64,000 nucleotides of DNA from Scenedesmus sp. PABB004 (Eukaryota): positions 1,054,001 to 1,118,000 of the forward strand of contig JABVCE010000007.1 in NCBI GenBank assembly GCA_014905635.1. Direction: 5' to 3'. Positions 1-11,290 of the stretch are shown in pieces. The notes below the pieces were generated by a model. That model had not been told where the DNA came from, ran no database searches, and saw only the letters and a program-made list of their open reading frames with translations. The number at the start of each line of letters is the position of its first letter. Within the stretch, counting starts at the first letter, position 1. The position numbers were made by a program, and so were the translations under genes.

Positions 1-3000
1 GAATTTAAAATCGGTGGGCTCTGGACCATACGTCCACTCACGATAGTGGCCAAGGCGCGCGGCGGGCAGGAAGCTGACTGGGCTGACTTTGTCGCGCCGG
101 TACCCAGCCACGTTTGCCCCGTCGCTCCAGGTGGGAAATATTTGGTAGTAATCAGAGATGTTGTACGCAGGAACCATGTAATCGCGGTTTATAGCGTTCC
201 CGTTGGCATCCACGTAGAACCCCTCACAGCCGTATGACCCCGTTCGGGTGTGGGCCATTCGGCCGTTCCCTAGGTCTGCTGCGTCAAGTGTATCAATGCA
301 GCCAAATGGCATAGCCCAAAAAGCCCAGCCTGGGTTGTAATAGGGCTTTGAGTCAACGCCAATGTAGCTGCTGCCATTGGCGTACGTAGAGGCATATGCA
401 GGGCCGGTGTTGTTGTTTTGCGAGGGGGTCACTATGTACGGAGCGTCGTACCGGACCAAAGACGCCCAGCGCGACTGGTTGCGCTTTTTATAACTGCCCC
501 AGTTGTCCCAAGTCTCAATGGACAAAACATCCACTTCCCACGTGGGGCGCAAGCTCTGCCACAGGTCTGCCACCCAAATGATTTGCTCGTCCATTACGTC
601 AGAGTCGTCCAATGATTTGTAGGGAACATAGTCCAACCCATATGGGTTTGATTTGGGTGATTGATCCCAATACTTCGCGTTGTATGTGGCAGAGATGAGC
701 GGATGACCAAGGAAGCTCCTGCAACGAATCAAGTGAGCGTGGCAGGCAGCGTACGTGAATTCCGCACGCGGCAAAGCTATTTTGGCGGCTGAGCTGCGCA
801 AACTCACATGTATGACAGTTTAGGAAGGCCAGTTATCCAAGTTAGCGGTATCGTGCCAAACAATTTGCCATTGCCAGACCAGTCCGTGAAGTCACTGCAT
901 TCGCGTTGCAAACGGAGGCGTGAGGTGAGGTGATTTTCATGGCGCAACGAGCGACCCCCAACCAACCACCCCAACCACGCACATAATCTCCAAGTTGTGC
1001 AGGGTAGACATATTCGTGTCAGGCTGCACTGTGCCCCAGGCAGCCGGCAGGGTTCCATACACAACTGCTGGCCAGCGGTCCGTTGGCGCAACACCAGCGG
1101 CTTGCAAGTGCGCTTTGAACGGAGCATTGCCTTGCTTGAAGAGCTCGTAGGTGCTGGGGTCCCTAAACAATACGCCCATAGACTGCTGAGGGGTGAAGGT
1201 AGAATTGTAGCCCAACGCGGTCAAGTTGAGCAAACCGGGCCACTCGGCAGTGGTACCATTGAACGGCATCACGGCTTGCTCTGATGCACGATCCTTCCAA
1301 CCCCACAGCACGTACCTCCCTGCATTCATGCTTTCAGGTACCATCGATGCATCACGCTCCCACTCCTCGGGCACGTCGGCGTCTTCCCAAACAATTGGAA
1401 ACGACAGGTTTCTTATAATTCTGCGTGCGGCACAGGCGCCGGCGAGCGAGGTGCCGGCGCGCGCACGCCGCCGCCGGCGCGGCGCGCGCTGCGGCTGCAG
1501 CCGCGAGCGGCCGCCTCGCTGGCCAGGCGCCGGCGAGCGAGGTGCCGGCGCGCGCACGCCGCCGCCCGCGCGGCGCGCGCTGCGGCTGCAGCCGCGAGCG
1601 GCCGCCTCGCTGGCCAGGCGCCGGCGAGCGAGGTGCCGGCGCGCGCAGGCCGCCGCCCGCGCGGCGCGCGCTGTGGCTGCAGCCGCGAGTGGCCGCCTCG
1701 CTGTCCAGGCGCCGGCGAGCGAGGTGCCGGCGCGCGCAGGCCGCCGCCCGCGCGGCGCGCGCTGCGGCTGCAGCCGCGAGCGGCCGCCTCGCTGGCCAGG
1801 CGCCGGCGAGCGAGGTGCCGGCGCGCGCACGCCGCCGCCCGCGCGGCGCGCGCTGCGGCTGCAGCCGCGAGCGGCCGCCTCGCTGGCCAGGCGCCGGCGA
1901 GCGAGGTGCCGGCGCGCGCAGGCCGCCGCCCGCGCGGCGCGCGCTGCGGCTGCAGCCGCGAGCGGCCGCTTCGCTGGCCAGGCGCCGGCGAGCGAGGTGC
2001 CGGCGCGCGCACGCCGCCGCCCGCGCGGCGCGCGCTGCGGCTGCAGCGGACGGCTCCTTTTCATTTGGGACCCACCTTATTTGTTTCACCCCTGCCCGCC
2101 ACTTTGTCACGGTAGATGTGCAGTCCTTCATAAACTGGTCATATGCGACAGCATGTTTGACTTGTCCCGGAATATTGAACCATGTGGAGACAGAGGCATT
2201 GGCTGCAAAGTATGTGCCCCAAATACGCTCACAAGGGTTGTCAAAATCGGGCAGGCTCTGTGTGTCACAGTTGGAATTGTTGTCGCCACGGCAGATTGGT
2301 CCAACATGAATGCTTTTGTTGAGATAGCTGGGTGCAGCATAGAATACATCAGCACCGGCACCTTTCTGCATAGCATAGCCAGGAGCCGTATCCCAATCAA
2401 TAATAGTCTCGTTGCCCAACCGATCGTCACTGTGATCAATGAATATGTGGTTGTTGTAGACCCTGGGGTGTTGAGTTCCATCCGTGAGTGCATGTTCGAT
2501 CGCTGCAGCCCAGGCAGCAAGGCGCTGAAATCCCTCCCTCCCCCCACCCACTCACAAGCCGCCGCATTGATGGCAGTTATTATCACATTGTTGGTGCGGA
2601 CGCTTTTTGTCAATGGTTTCTTGCAGCAAGTAGCACCTGTCAAACAGCACGTCAGTCCGAGTTCCAAACAGATGAAAGTACCAGTTCTCTTTTTGGCAAT
2701 TTGTGTGGCCTGTAATGTTACTAGTGATATTGCACTGCACTGTGCGAGGTGTCTTGCTGTAGTTGAAGTACCCGCCGTAGTCCCAGCCTGATGAGTGAAT
2801 AGTGGACTTATCAATCATTGTCCGGCGCCAGTAGTCGTAGTAGACGGGAGGGATAAAACGGTCTTGCAGCGGGTTGGAGAGGTTGGCAGGTGGACGTATG
2901 TAATTCTGTTTGGTCATGGCGCCAATGCAGTTCTCCTCAGTATAGAGGGGCAGAAGCTGCAGCTCATCAGCCAATCGCATGTAGCGTCCCTTGTTACTGC

Positions 3001-6000
3001 TTGGTTGGCTGCACTTGAATGGAAGGCGCGTCATGTTCCATGCGACGTGCACTTGCAGCACCTTGCGCCCGTCAGCGGTTGTGTGCACAGCAGTTGGATC
3101 CCAACCGCCGTGCCAAACGGCTGCTTGTTGAAACTGCACTCGCTTGTCTTCCATGTAAGGGCTGTACTCGCCTCTGTGCCGAAAACGCCAATCTGTGTTG
3201 GCGGTGACGTTGACATACCACTCGCTGTTGTTGCGACCAGCTGCGGGGATTGAACAACGGTGGGAACAGGGGGCAACAGTACCTGTCCGGCAGTTTCCCG
3301 ACCACTCACAACACGCAAGCATTATAGCTGCTCACCCATAAGGTGAATGATGAATGGCGTGTTGTCGTTGGACCATGCACACATGCCCACCTGTTGGTGC
3401 AAGTTTCTATGGGGCAGGGTTGCAGTGGGGCGTTTGTAAGATAGCAGCATATTGCTAACAACTGCTAGATGCCCATCCCCCACTTACAAGTATCTGAGCT
3501 TCGATAGAAGGCCCCAAGAACCAGGGATGCTGCCTTGAAGGCTGCTTGGAGCTGCACGCTCTGCGTAGCCCAGCAATTTGTCCTCCACACCAAAGTCGCT
3601 GCAAGCGGAAGCACGGATGTCACAAGTCTGGCGCGGCCAGCTTGCGTGCGGCAACCGCTTGCGGGCATTGCAGCCGTTTGCGGGGACTTACATTAATTCG
3701 ACGTTGGGGAAAACTTCTGCCCACTCGGGAGGCAGCGTTCCCTGGACAGGAGATAACCATTTGTTGTATGTATTCCAAGGCGTGAAGTCGGTTGCAGGAA
3801 TGTCACTCCTGCTGCTGTAGCCCCTGTCTTCTCCCTGGTACGCTCCACCCATGATGGGGACCTGTGAAGCAGTTGCATTCATCCTGCGCGCAGGCACGGG
3901 TGAGGCAGCGTAAAAGGTTGCAAGTGGAAGATGTACGTCGGCGATGAACATGCGATGGCCGATAGTTCAGCAAGCACAGCTGCTGCAGCCGCGAGCGGCC
4001 GCCTCGCTGGCCAGGCGCCGGCGAGCGAGGTGCCGGCGCGCGCACGCTGCCGCCCGCGCGGCGCGCGCTGCGGCTGCAGCCGCGAGCGGCCGCCTCGCTG
4101 GCCAGGCGCCGGCGAGCGAGGTGCCGGCGCGCGCAGGCCGCCGCCCGCGCGGCGCGCGCTGTGGCTGCAGCCGCGAGCGGCCGCCTCGCTGGCCAGGCGC
4201 CGGCGAGCGAGGTGCCGGCGCGCGCACGCCGCCGCCCGCGCGGCGCGCGCTGCGGCTGCAGCCGCGAGCGGCCGCCTCGCTGGCCAGGCGCCGGCGAGCG
4301 AGGTGCCGGCGCGCGCACGCCGCCGCCCGCGCGGCGCGCGCTGTGGCTGCAGCCGCGAGCGGCCGCCTCGCTGGCCAGGCGCCGGCGAGCGAGGTGCCGG
4401 CGCGCGCACGCCGCCGCCCGCGCGGCGCGCGCTGCGGCTGCAGCCGCGAGCGGCCGCCTCGCTGGCCAGGCGCCGGCGAGCGAGGTGCCGGCGCGCGCAG
4501 GCCGCCGCCCGCGCGGCGCGCGCTGCGGCTGCAGCCGCGAGCGGCCACCTCGCTGGCCAGGCGCCGGCGAGCGAGGTGCCGGCGCGCGCACGCCGCCGCC
4601 CGAGCGGCGCGCGCTGCGGCTGCAGCCGCGAGCGGCCGCCTCGCTGGCCAGGCGCCGGCGAGCGAGGTGCCGGCGCGCGCACGCCGCCGCCCGAGCGGCG
4701 CGCGCTGCGGCTGCAGCCGCGAGCGGCCGCCTCGCTGGCCAGGCGCCGGCGAGCGAGGTGCCGGCGCGCGCACGCCGCCGCCCGCGCGGCGCGCGCTGCG
4801 GCTGCAGCCGCGAGCGGCCGCCTCGCTGGCCAGGCGCCGGCGAGCGAGGTGCCGGCGCGCGCAGGCCGCCGCCCGCGCGGCGCGCGCTGCGGCTGCAGCC
4901 GCGAGCGGCCGCCTCGCTGGCCAGGCGCCGGCGAGCGAGGTGCCGGCGCGCGCACGCCGCCGCCCGCGCGGCGCGCGCTGTGGCTGCAGCCGCGAGCGGC
5001 CGCCTCGCTGGCCAGGCGCCGGCGAGCGAGGTGCCGGCGCGCGCACGCCGCCGCCCGCGCGGCGCGCGCTGCGGCTGCAGCCGCGAGCGGCCGCCTCGCT
5101 GGCCAGGCGCCGGCGAGCGAGGTGCCGGCGCGCGCACGCCGCCGCCCGCGCGGCGCGCGCTGTGGCTGCAGCCGCGAGCGGCCGCCTCGCTGTCCAGGCG
5201 CCGGCGAGCGAGGTGCCGGCGCGCGCAGGCCGCCGCCCGCGCGGCGCGCGCTGCGGCTGCAGCCGCGAGCGGCCGCCTCGCTGGCCAGGCGCCGGCGAGC
5301 GAGGTGCCGGCGCGCGCACGCCGCCGCCCGAGCGGCGCGCGCTGCGGCTGCAGCCGCGAGCGGCCGCCTCGCTGGCCAGGCGCCGGCGAGCGAGGTGCCG
5401 ACGCGCGCACGCCGCCGCCCGAGCGGCGCGCGCTGCGGCTGCAGCCGCGAGCGGCCGCCTCGCTGGCCAGGCGCCGGCGAGCGAGGTGCCAGCGCGCGCA
5501 CGCCGCCGCCCGCGCGGTGCGCGCTGCGGCTGCAGCCGCGAGTGGCCGCCTCGCTGGCCAGGCGCCGGCGAGCGAGGTGCCGGCGCGCGCACGCCGCCGC
5601 CCGAGCGGCGCGCGCTGCGGCTGCAGCCGCGAGTGGCCGCCTCGCTGTCCAGGCGCCGGCGAGCGAGGTGCCGGCGCGCGCACGCCGCCGCCCGAGCGGC
5701 GCGCGCTGCGGCTGCAGCCGCGAGCGGCCGCCTCGCTGGCCAGGCGCCGGCGAGCGAGGTGCCGGCGCGCGCACGCCGCCGCCCGAGCGGCGCGCGCTGC
5801 GGCTGCAGCCGCGAGCGGCCGCCTCGCTGGCCAGGCGCCGGCGAGCGAGGTGCCGACGCGCGCACGCCGCCGCCCGAGCGGCGCGCGCTGCGGCTGCAGC
5901 CGCGAGCGGCCGCCTCGCTGGCCAGGCGCCGGCGAGCGAGGTGCCAGCGCGCGCACGCCGCCGCCCGAGCGGCGCGCGCTGCGGCTGCAGCCGCGAGCGG

Positions 6001-8644
6001 CCGCCTCGCTGGCCAGGCGCCGGCGAGCGAGGTGCCGACGCGCGCACGCCGCCGCCCGAGCGGCGCGCGCTGCGGCTGCAGCCGCGAGCGGCCGCCTCGC
6101 TGGCCAGGCGCCGGCGAGCGAGGTGCCAGCGCGCGCACGCCGCCGCCCGCGGGGTGCGCGCTGCGGCTGGTGCCAGCGCACATGGTTTCACGCACCTGAT
6201 TGTCTTGATACTTTGTCCAAACTTAAGCCGCTTAGACTCGCACAGAGAGTATGGCATTGGTAGTTGTCCAGTAGCAGCTAGCCTTGAACAGGCGTACTTA
6301 AAGTCATTGAGACTCTGCGGCTGTCGACCTAGGAGAGCAGCATAGTCGGTTGCAGATATAATTCCATTTGTTGCCCAATCACGCCGTGTGTCTTGAAAGT
6401 CAACAAACGCAATGTCCGTAAAGCTCCTGTGGCGTGTTTAGTGGTGAGCAACAGTTGAGGTGCACATTTGTGTGCTTAAGCCTAGGTTAAGCAGCACTCA
6501 CAGCTCTTCAAGCTCTTCTAAGAACACCAACTGATCTACAAGCTTGGCAAAAGGCATCGATCCCGGGAACGTGCAGGGAAGTGTGTATGTGTCGTCATAA
6601 CCCTGCCCACTGGTGGTCTGGTCATCCATGCGCTTGTCCACCTGGCCTGGATATCTGAAACAACGGCCCTCCACCTCCCAATGTCTGAGCTTGTTGTCTG
6701 TGGCGTTGCCGTTGGTGGCGTTTGGCGCGTACAGTCCGCGGCCAGTGGACCACAACAGCCCTTCACTGGCACATGGGCTCATACGCCAGCTGTGAGCATG
6801 CCAAGCGTAAGCGTTGCTGGGGAGTGCGTCAGCCCTGCCAAGCTTATCTGTGCGGTGGTAACCCACATCATAATGCCTTATGCGTCTGCGAGCACGGGTG
6901 CGAGGTTCAGGCCTCGCAAGCGCATGATATCAGCTAGGGGCTTCATGCCCCAGCAGGACTCACATGTACGGCACCCGGTCATCCTGCTCTGCATCAACGT
7001 TAGCAGGGGCGCTCCATGTGCGTTCGCTGTCTGGTGTACTCGTGTTGTCTTTCCAACAACTGATCATGGGGCAGGTGGGACAGCCAGGACAAAACTCGCC
7101 ACATGACGGGTATGAGAGCCCTGCAGTTGGCCCAGCGGCAATTGTGGGCAGGCGCAGCAACTGCAAGTGCCAGCCAGCGGCGCCGGCCCACAATTGCCGT
7201 AAGCTCACCATAAACTTCTTTTGGGCTGGAGCTGTTGGTCAGTGTGCCGAGCTGGTCGGTGTCATTATAGCCGTTGTTGAAGTCGTCAAGGCAGCGTGGA
7301 CCTGAACCGGCTCCCATCTCGGGGCTGAAACAACGGAAAGTGAACGGGCACTGCAGATGACGGTTGGCAACCACACTGCAATTGGCAGTTACGTTGTGCA
7401 TGCTGCTGTAGTTGGTGTGGCATGCGATGGTTGTGTCGTTGTTGCTGAGGTGCGTAACATAGAGTGTGAAGTTGCCCCAAACGCGGTAGGTGGTGTTGTA
7501 TTGTTGTGTTTGGTTGAATGGCTGGCTTGCAAAGTAGAAGTTTTTGCTGGCTGAAGCGCCATCTGCACCGTACGTGTCAAAGAATGACGCGGTTTGGGGC
7601 CAAGCTGGTATGCTATAGCTGCCTGCCTCGCGGGTGATTGAAGTAAACTCTGCTCGCTTGCTGCCCATAGCCCAGAACTCGCCAGCAGTGCCGTTGGTGA
7701 TGTTGATCTCCTTGGTCACCAGGTTGGTCGCCCAACCGTCAGTGATGTTGTATTGTAGAATATGACGCGTGGAACCAAGCAACTCCCAAGCAGATGGCCA
7801 TCCAGTTGTGTTGGGCCAGCGAGGCAGCACATTTGCGGAAGGGTTGCTGCCTGACCAGGTCTGCACTTGAGGTTGTGGAGATGTTGGATGCTCACACTCT
7901 GGCACCTGCAGTGTCGGCAATGGCGGCCGTTTTGCGGCAGCACCTCAGGCAAGCCCGCCTAGCTGCAGCTACTGCCCCCGCAGCTGCCGCTGCTGCGCCG
8001 CTGCCACCACCAGCTGCCGCCGCTGCCACCACCAGCTGCCGCTGCTGCCGCTGGCGCCGCTTGCGCAGCGCCGCCTCTGCCGCACTTGGTTAGGGCAGTT
8101 GAATACACAGGGATTGTTGGGCCGCTTGTTGCACCACCAAGTATAGTGCCTGTCAACTTCTGCGCTGCAGTTGCCAATGAGCGGCGCACTGTCGTTGAAT
8201 GCAGTGACGTTCCAGCAGGCCTTGTCATCACGGAACCTGCTGTCAAACTGGTCCAGACCGTAATCGTGCATGTAGACAGCAAATGAGCCAATGGTACGGC
8301 ACACCCGGCTGGCGCGATTGTCTGTCCTTGGGCGCAGCGTGGAGCGATCAGGCAGGGTGCCAGAGCTGTCAACGGCCCCAAAAAAATGCATCAGTGCAAC
8401 ATCTGCGGGAGTGCGGCATCGTCGGCGGGGCGTCAGTCTGCTGACAGCATGCCCATGTGAGCAGAAGATAAAGTGCTGTGAAAATCGCCCTGCGCTCACA
8501 TCTGTAGAGGTGCTCGGTCGGCTGCTGCGCGTCGACTTTTGACATGTACGCACAGGTCACTCCAGGCGCAGAGCAGCACACCAGCGCCCCCAGAAACACG
8601 ATAGCGATGCTCCACGGCCGCAGCCGTGCCTCAGAGGCGCGCAT
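1..8644 (-). CDS. Giant secreted/surface leucine-rich-repeat (plant-type LRR, GP46/receptor-like) protein with very large inserts between LRRs; 3' end outside window (>=1540 aa)
   Basis: Manual splicing gives one open frame over exons 8644-8500, 8402-8086, 7905-7209, 7120-6964, 6885-6502, 6426-6196, 3883-3692, 3598-3488, 3406-3336, 3240-2556, 2462-2076, 1420-983, 894-808, 718-1 (4620 nt; all 13 introns GT-AG). Signal peptide MRASEARLRPWSIAIVFLGALVCCSA. LRR-type motifs GTLPPEW..VELIDF, GSIPGSWGLLSKLRYLNL, GTLPAAW..LEIIDF, GTIPLTW..LPKLSYMSF. Many N-x-S/T sequons and Cys clusters. Confidence 0.8.
1433..2047. repeat. 91-bp GC-rich tandem satellite, ~6.8 copies, in intron 2075-1421 of the LRR gene
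   Basis: CTGCAG recurs at 1495, 1586, 1677, 1768, 1859, 1950, 2041 (period 91). Unit gcggctgcagccgcgagcggccgcctcgctggccaggcgccggcgagcgaggtgccggcgcgcgcacgccgccgcccgcgcggcgcgcgct. Confidence 0.97.
3982..6169. repeat. Same 91-bp satellite, 24 copies, in intron 6195-3884 of the LRR gene
   Basis: CTGCAG from 3983 to 6076 in 91-bp steps (checked at 4438, 5348, 6076). Array bounded by GCTG at 3982-3985 and 6166-6169. Confidence 0.97.
7136..7199. repeat. 14-bp perfect inverted repeat spanning most of an 88-nt intron
   Basis: cggcaattgtgggc (7136-7149) and gcccacaattgccg (7186-7199) inside intron 7208-7121. Confidence 0.8.
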
Positions 8645-9051
8645 CTGGCCTTACGTGGCTGGCATGGCGGGCAGCAAAATTCTCGGGCTGCAGTGCCCGA
8701 TGTTGTGAGACGGCGTGCGCAGGTTCGCCTCTCCGGCGCAGATGTGCGGCTTGGTGGCATGTCGGCGAGGATCGGTGCGGAAACGCCCGTTGCTGCCTTT
8801 GACCGAAACAGTGTCCCTTCGTGGATTCGTGCGACAGCTGTGCGCTCGGCTCTGGCTGCACTCTCTCGACCCGCCCAGCAGCTCGCAGTCGCTTTTCTGA
8901 TGCGTGCGTGCCGGCACGTGACCCCGCTGGCTTGGCGCCGCCAGCCCGCGCATTGCTGCTGCCAGGCTGGCGCCGCGCGCCTGCCCAGGCCCGTGCGGGC
9001 GAGCAGCTCGCTGTGCCGGAGAGCGAGCGGCAGCGCGATGACGAGGATGTG

Positions 9052-9056
9052 TTACA
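9052..9056 (-). terminator. Putative chlorophyte poly(A) signal TGTAA for the aldolase
   Basis: TTACA on + strand, ~370 nt downstream of the aldolase stop. Confidence 0.45.
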
Positions 9057-9428
9057 CTGGCGGCACGCTGGGGCGGCGCCCCGCTACCAGCACCAGCGCC
9101 CGCGGCGGCGGGCGCGGCGTCAGGCGTGGCGGCTGGCGACCGTGGCTGGCCTAGCAAACGCGCTGGGCATGCACCGTCCACCATGCAAAAGCTCCCTTTT
9201 GAACGCAGGGGTGGGGGCGCGCCGGAGCGGGGCAGCATGAGCGCCACGCTGTGTTCGGACTGGCTGTGCGGGCAGCAGAAAGGGTGTCATGTCGCCAACA
9301 GAGCAGCCACATTGCCCGCGTCGCGTTCAAGGCAGTCGTGCTGGCTCCGCACCGCAACAACGCTCTCTGTTGCATTCAAGCGCGTGTGTGCTGGCCCGGC
9401 AGCCAGCTCTCCCTACATTGTCGCCACG

Positions 9429-11257
9429 TCACGCCCGCGGCGGGCGGTGGTCGCCCTCGCCCGGCTGCGGCGAGTACTCGCCGCGCGCCGCCGCGCTGGC
9501 CTTGGCCAGCTCCTGCAGGTACAGCGCCTCCATCTCCGGCAGCTTCAGCGAGCCCTGGCACAGCGCAAAGAGCGGCATCTGCGCGCGGCCGCGAGCGCAG
9601 CGGCACCGCGTGAGCGGCAGCGTCGCGCGGCGCCGCATGCCAGCGCCGCAACGGGCCCGCGCGCCACAGCCGCGGCCGAGGCTGGCCCAACCCGCGCCTC
9701 GCCCGTCGCCGTTTGCCACACGGCACGGCACGCACGCGCCACGCTGCCTTACCTGCAGCGCCGCCGACCAGCTGAACGAGAGGTTGACAGGGAACGTGCC
9801 CTTCTTCTGGTTGAGCGCACTCAGCCGAGCGCAAGCGTCACCCAGGCTCTGCCCGCCGGACAAGAAGTTGGCGCTGCGCACCGCCACGGGCATCACGCGG
9901 CGGAAGACGTCGATGTTGGCCTGCGCCGCCGCGCAGCAGCGCAGGGAAGAGGAGGGGTTCAGAAGGAGGTGACGCGCGGGCACGGCGGCGTGCAACGCAG
10001 CAGGGGGAACCCCGTCCAGGGCGCCCACGCAGGGCTGGGCTCGGGCGCGCCGCCGCCGCGCTGTCCTACCTGCGCAATCTCGTCCACGGTGTAAGCCACG
10101 GGGCAGGCCTTGCCGGGGTTGACCTGCGGCCGGGGTTGAACGGCGGGCGCAGCGGCGCTGCTGTGCGTGCAGCCGCGAGTGGGCTGCGCACCCGCGGGCG
10201 CGATGCTGCAGCCAGGTCGGGAGCGACAAAGACCTAGCTTTCAAGCTGCTAAACCCTCTCAAGCCCGCGCGCACCAGGTTGCTCTTGAGGACGACGCCCT
10301 CCATGAAGACGCCATGCTCCAGCAGCGCCCTGCGTGCGGCGGCGTGCAGCGGGGTGCGAGGCGCACAGCGCAGCACCTGCAGCGGCGCCCTGGCTCGCTG
10401 GGGCGCCTCGCTGCTGCACGGCGGGGCGCCTCGCTGCTGGCGCCCAGGCCCTGGGGGAGCCACGCACAAGCGGCGCAGGCGCCACCCAGGCCCCACCACC
10501 CGCTGCCGCCGGGCGCGCTTGGCGCGCCAGCGCCCGCGCCCGCCGACCACCGACCGCGGTGCCTGGCGAGGCGCACCGGTAGAGGACGGACTGAATTTTG
10601 GTGTTGATGGCCACCGCAGACTCCAGCGTGTGCGTGCCGGCCATGGAGACGTCGGGCTCGACAATCGGCACCAGGCCCACGTCCTGTCCCGAGTGCGTGC
10701 GTGGTGGTGTGAACGGTCAGCCAGGCGCGCGCGCGAGCCCAGCGCCGCCGCAGGTGTCGTGTCCCCGGTGGCGGCGCCGCCCAGCGCGGCCAGGCAGCCC
10801 GCATGCCCGCGAGCCGCGCAGCCAGCGCACGCGTGCCATGCTCCCCCAAACCCTGAGCCCACAGCGTCACGCCCGCTGCCAGCACCCACCTGGCAGATGA
10901 GCGCGTAGCGCGCCAGGTCTTGCATGTTGGCTTCAATCACAAAGTCGCTCGGCTGGCCGTTTGCCTCGTCGATGGCCAGCGGGCTGCGCCACTTGGCAAA
11001 CACCGCGCCGGCGGCCTTGTACTCAGCGAGCCGCGCCGCGAGCGAGTCGAGGCCCTGCGCCGCGCGGCGGCGGCAGGCGCGCCCCCCACGCAGCAGGCGG
11101 CGGCCGTGACCACGCGCAGCGCGGGCCCGGCGCGGTGCTGGCGGGGGAGCCTCGCCCCGCCCTGCCCGCGCGGGGGCTGCGCGGGCGCGCCTGCATGGTC
11201 GTCGACCCGCGCTGACCGGGCAGGGCGTAGACCTTGAGGTGGGGCTTCACGCCTGGC

Positions 11258-11290
<33 letters not shown>

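Noticed and set aside
1433..6169. CRISPR-like array
   Set aside because: Units are head-to-tail with no unique spacers, there are no cas genes, and the context is a eukaryotic intron.
3803..6345. Six overlapping 700-800 aa Arg/Ala ORFs (and similar ones at 937-2791)
   Set aside because: They are translations of a stop-free 91-bp intronic satellite; the flanking exons splice cleanly across it.
1..8644. Endogenous giant virus or stop-codon reassignment to explain the broken low-GC ORFs
   Set aside because: All breaks resolve with ordinary GT-AG introns under the standard code, and no viral hallmark genes are visible.
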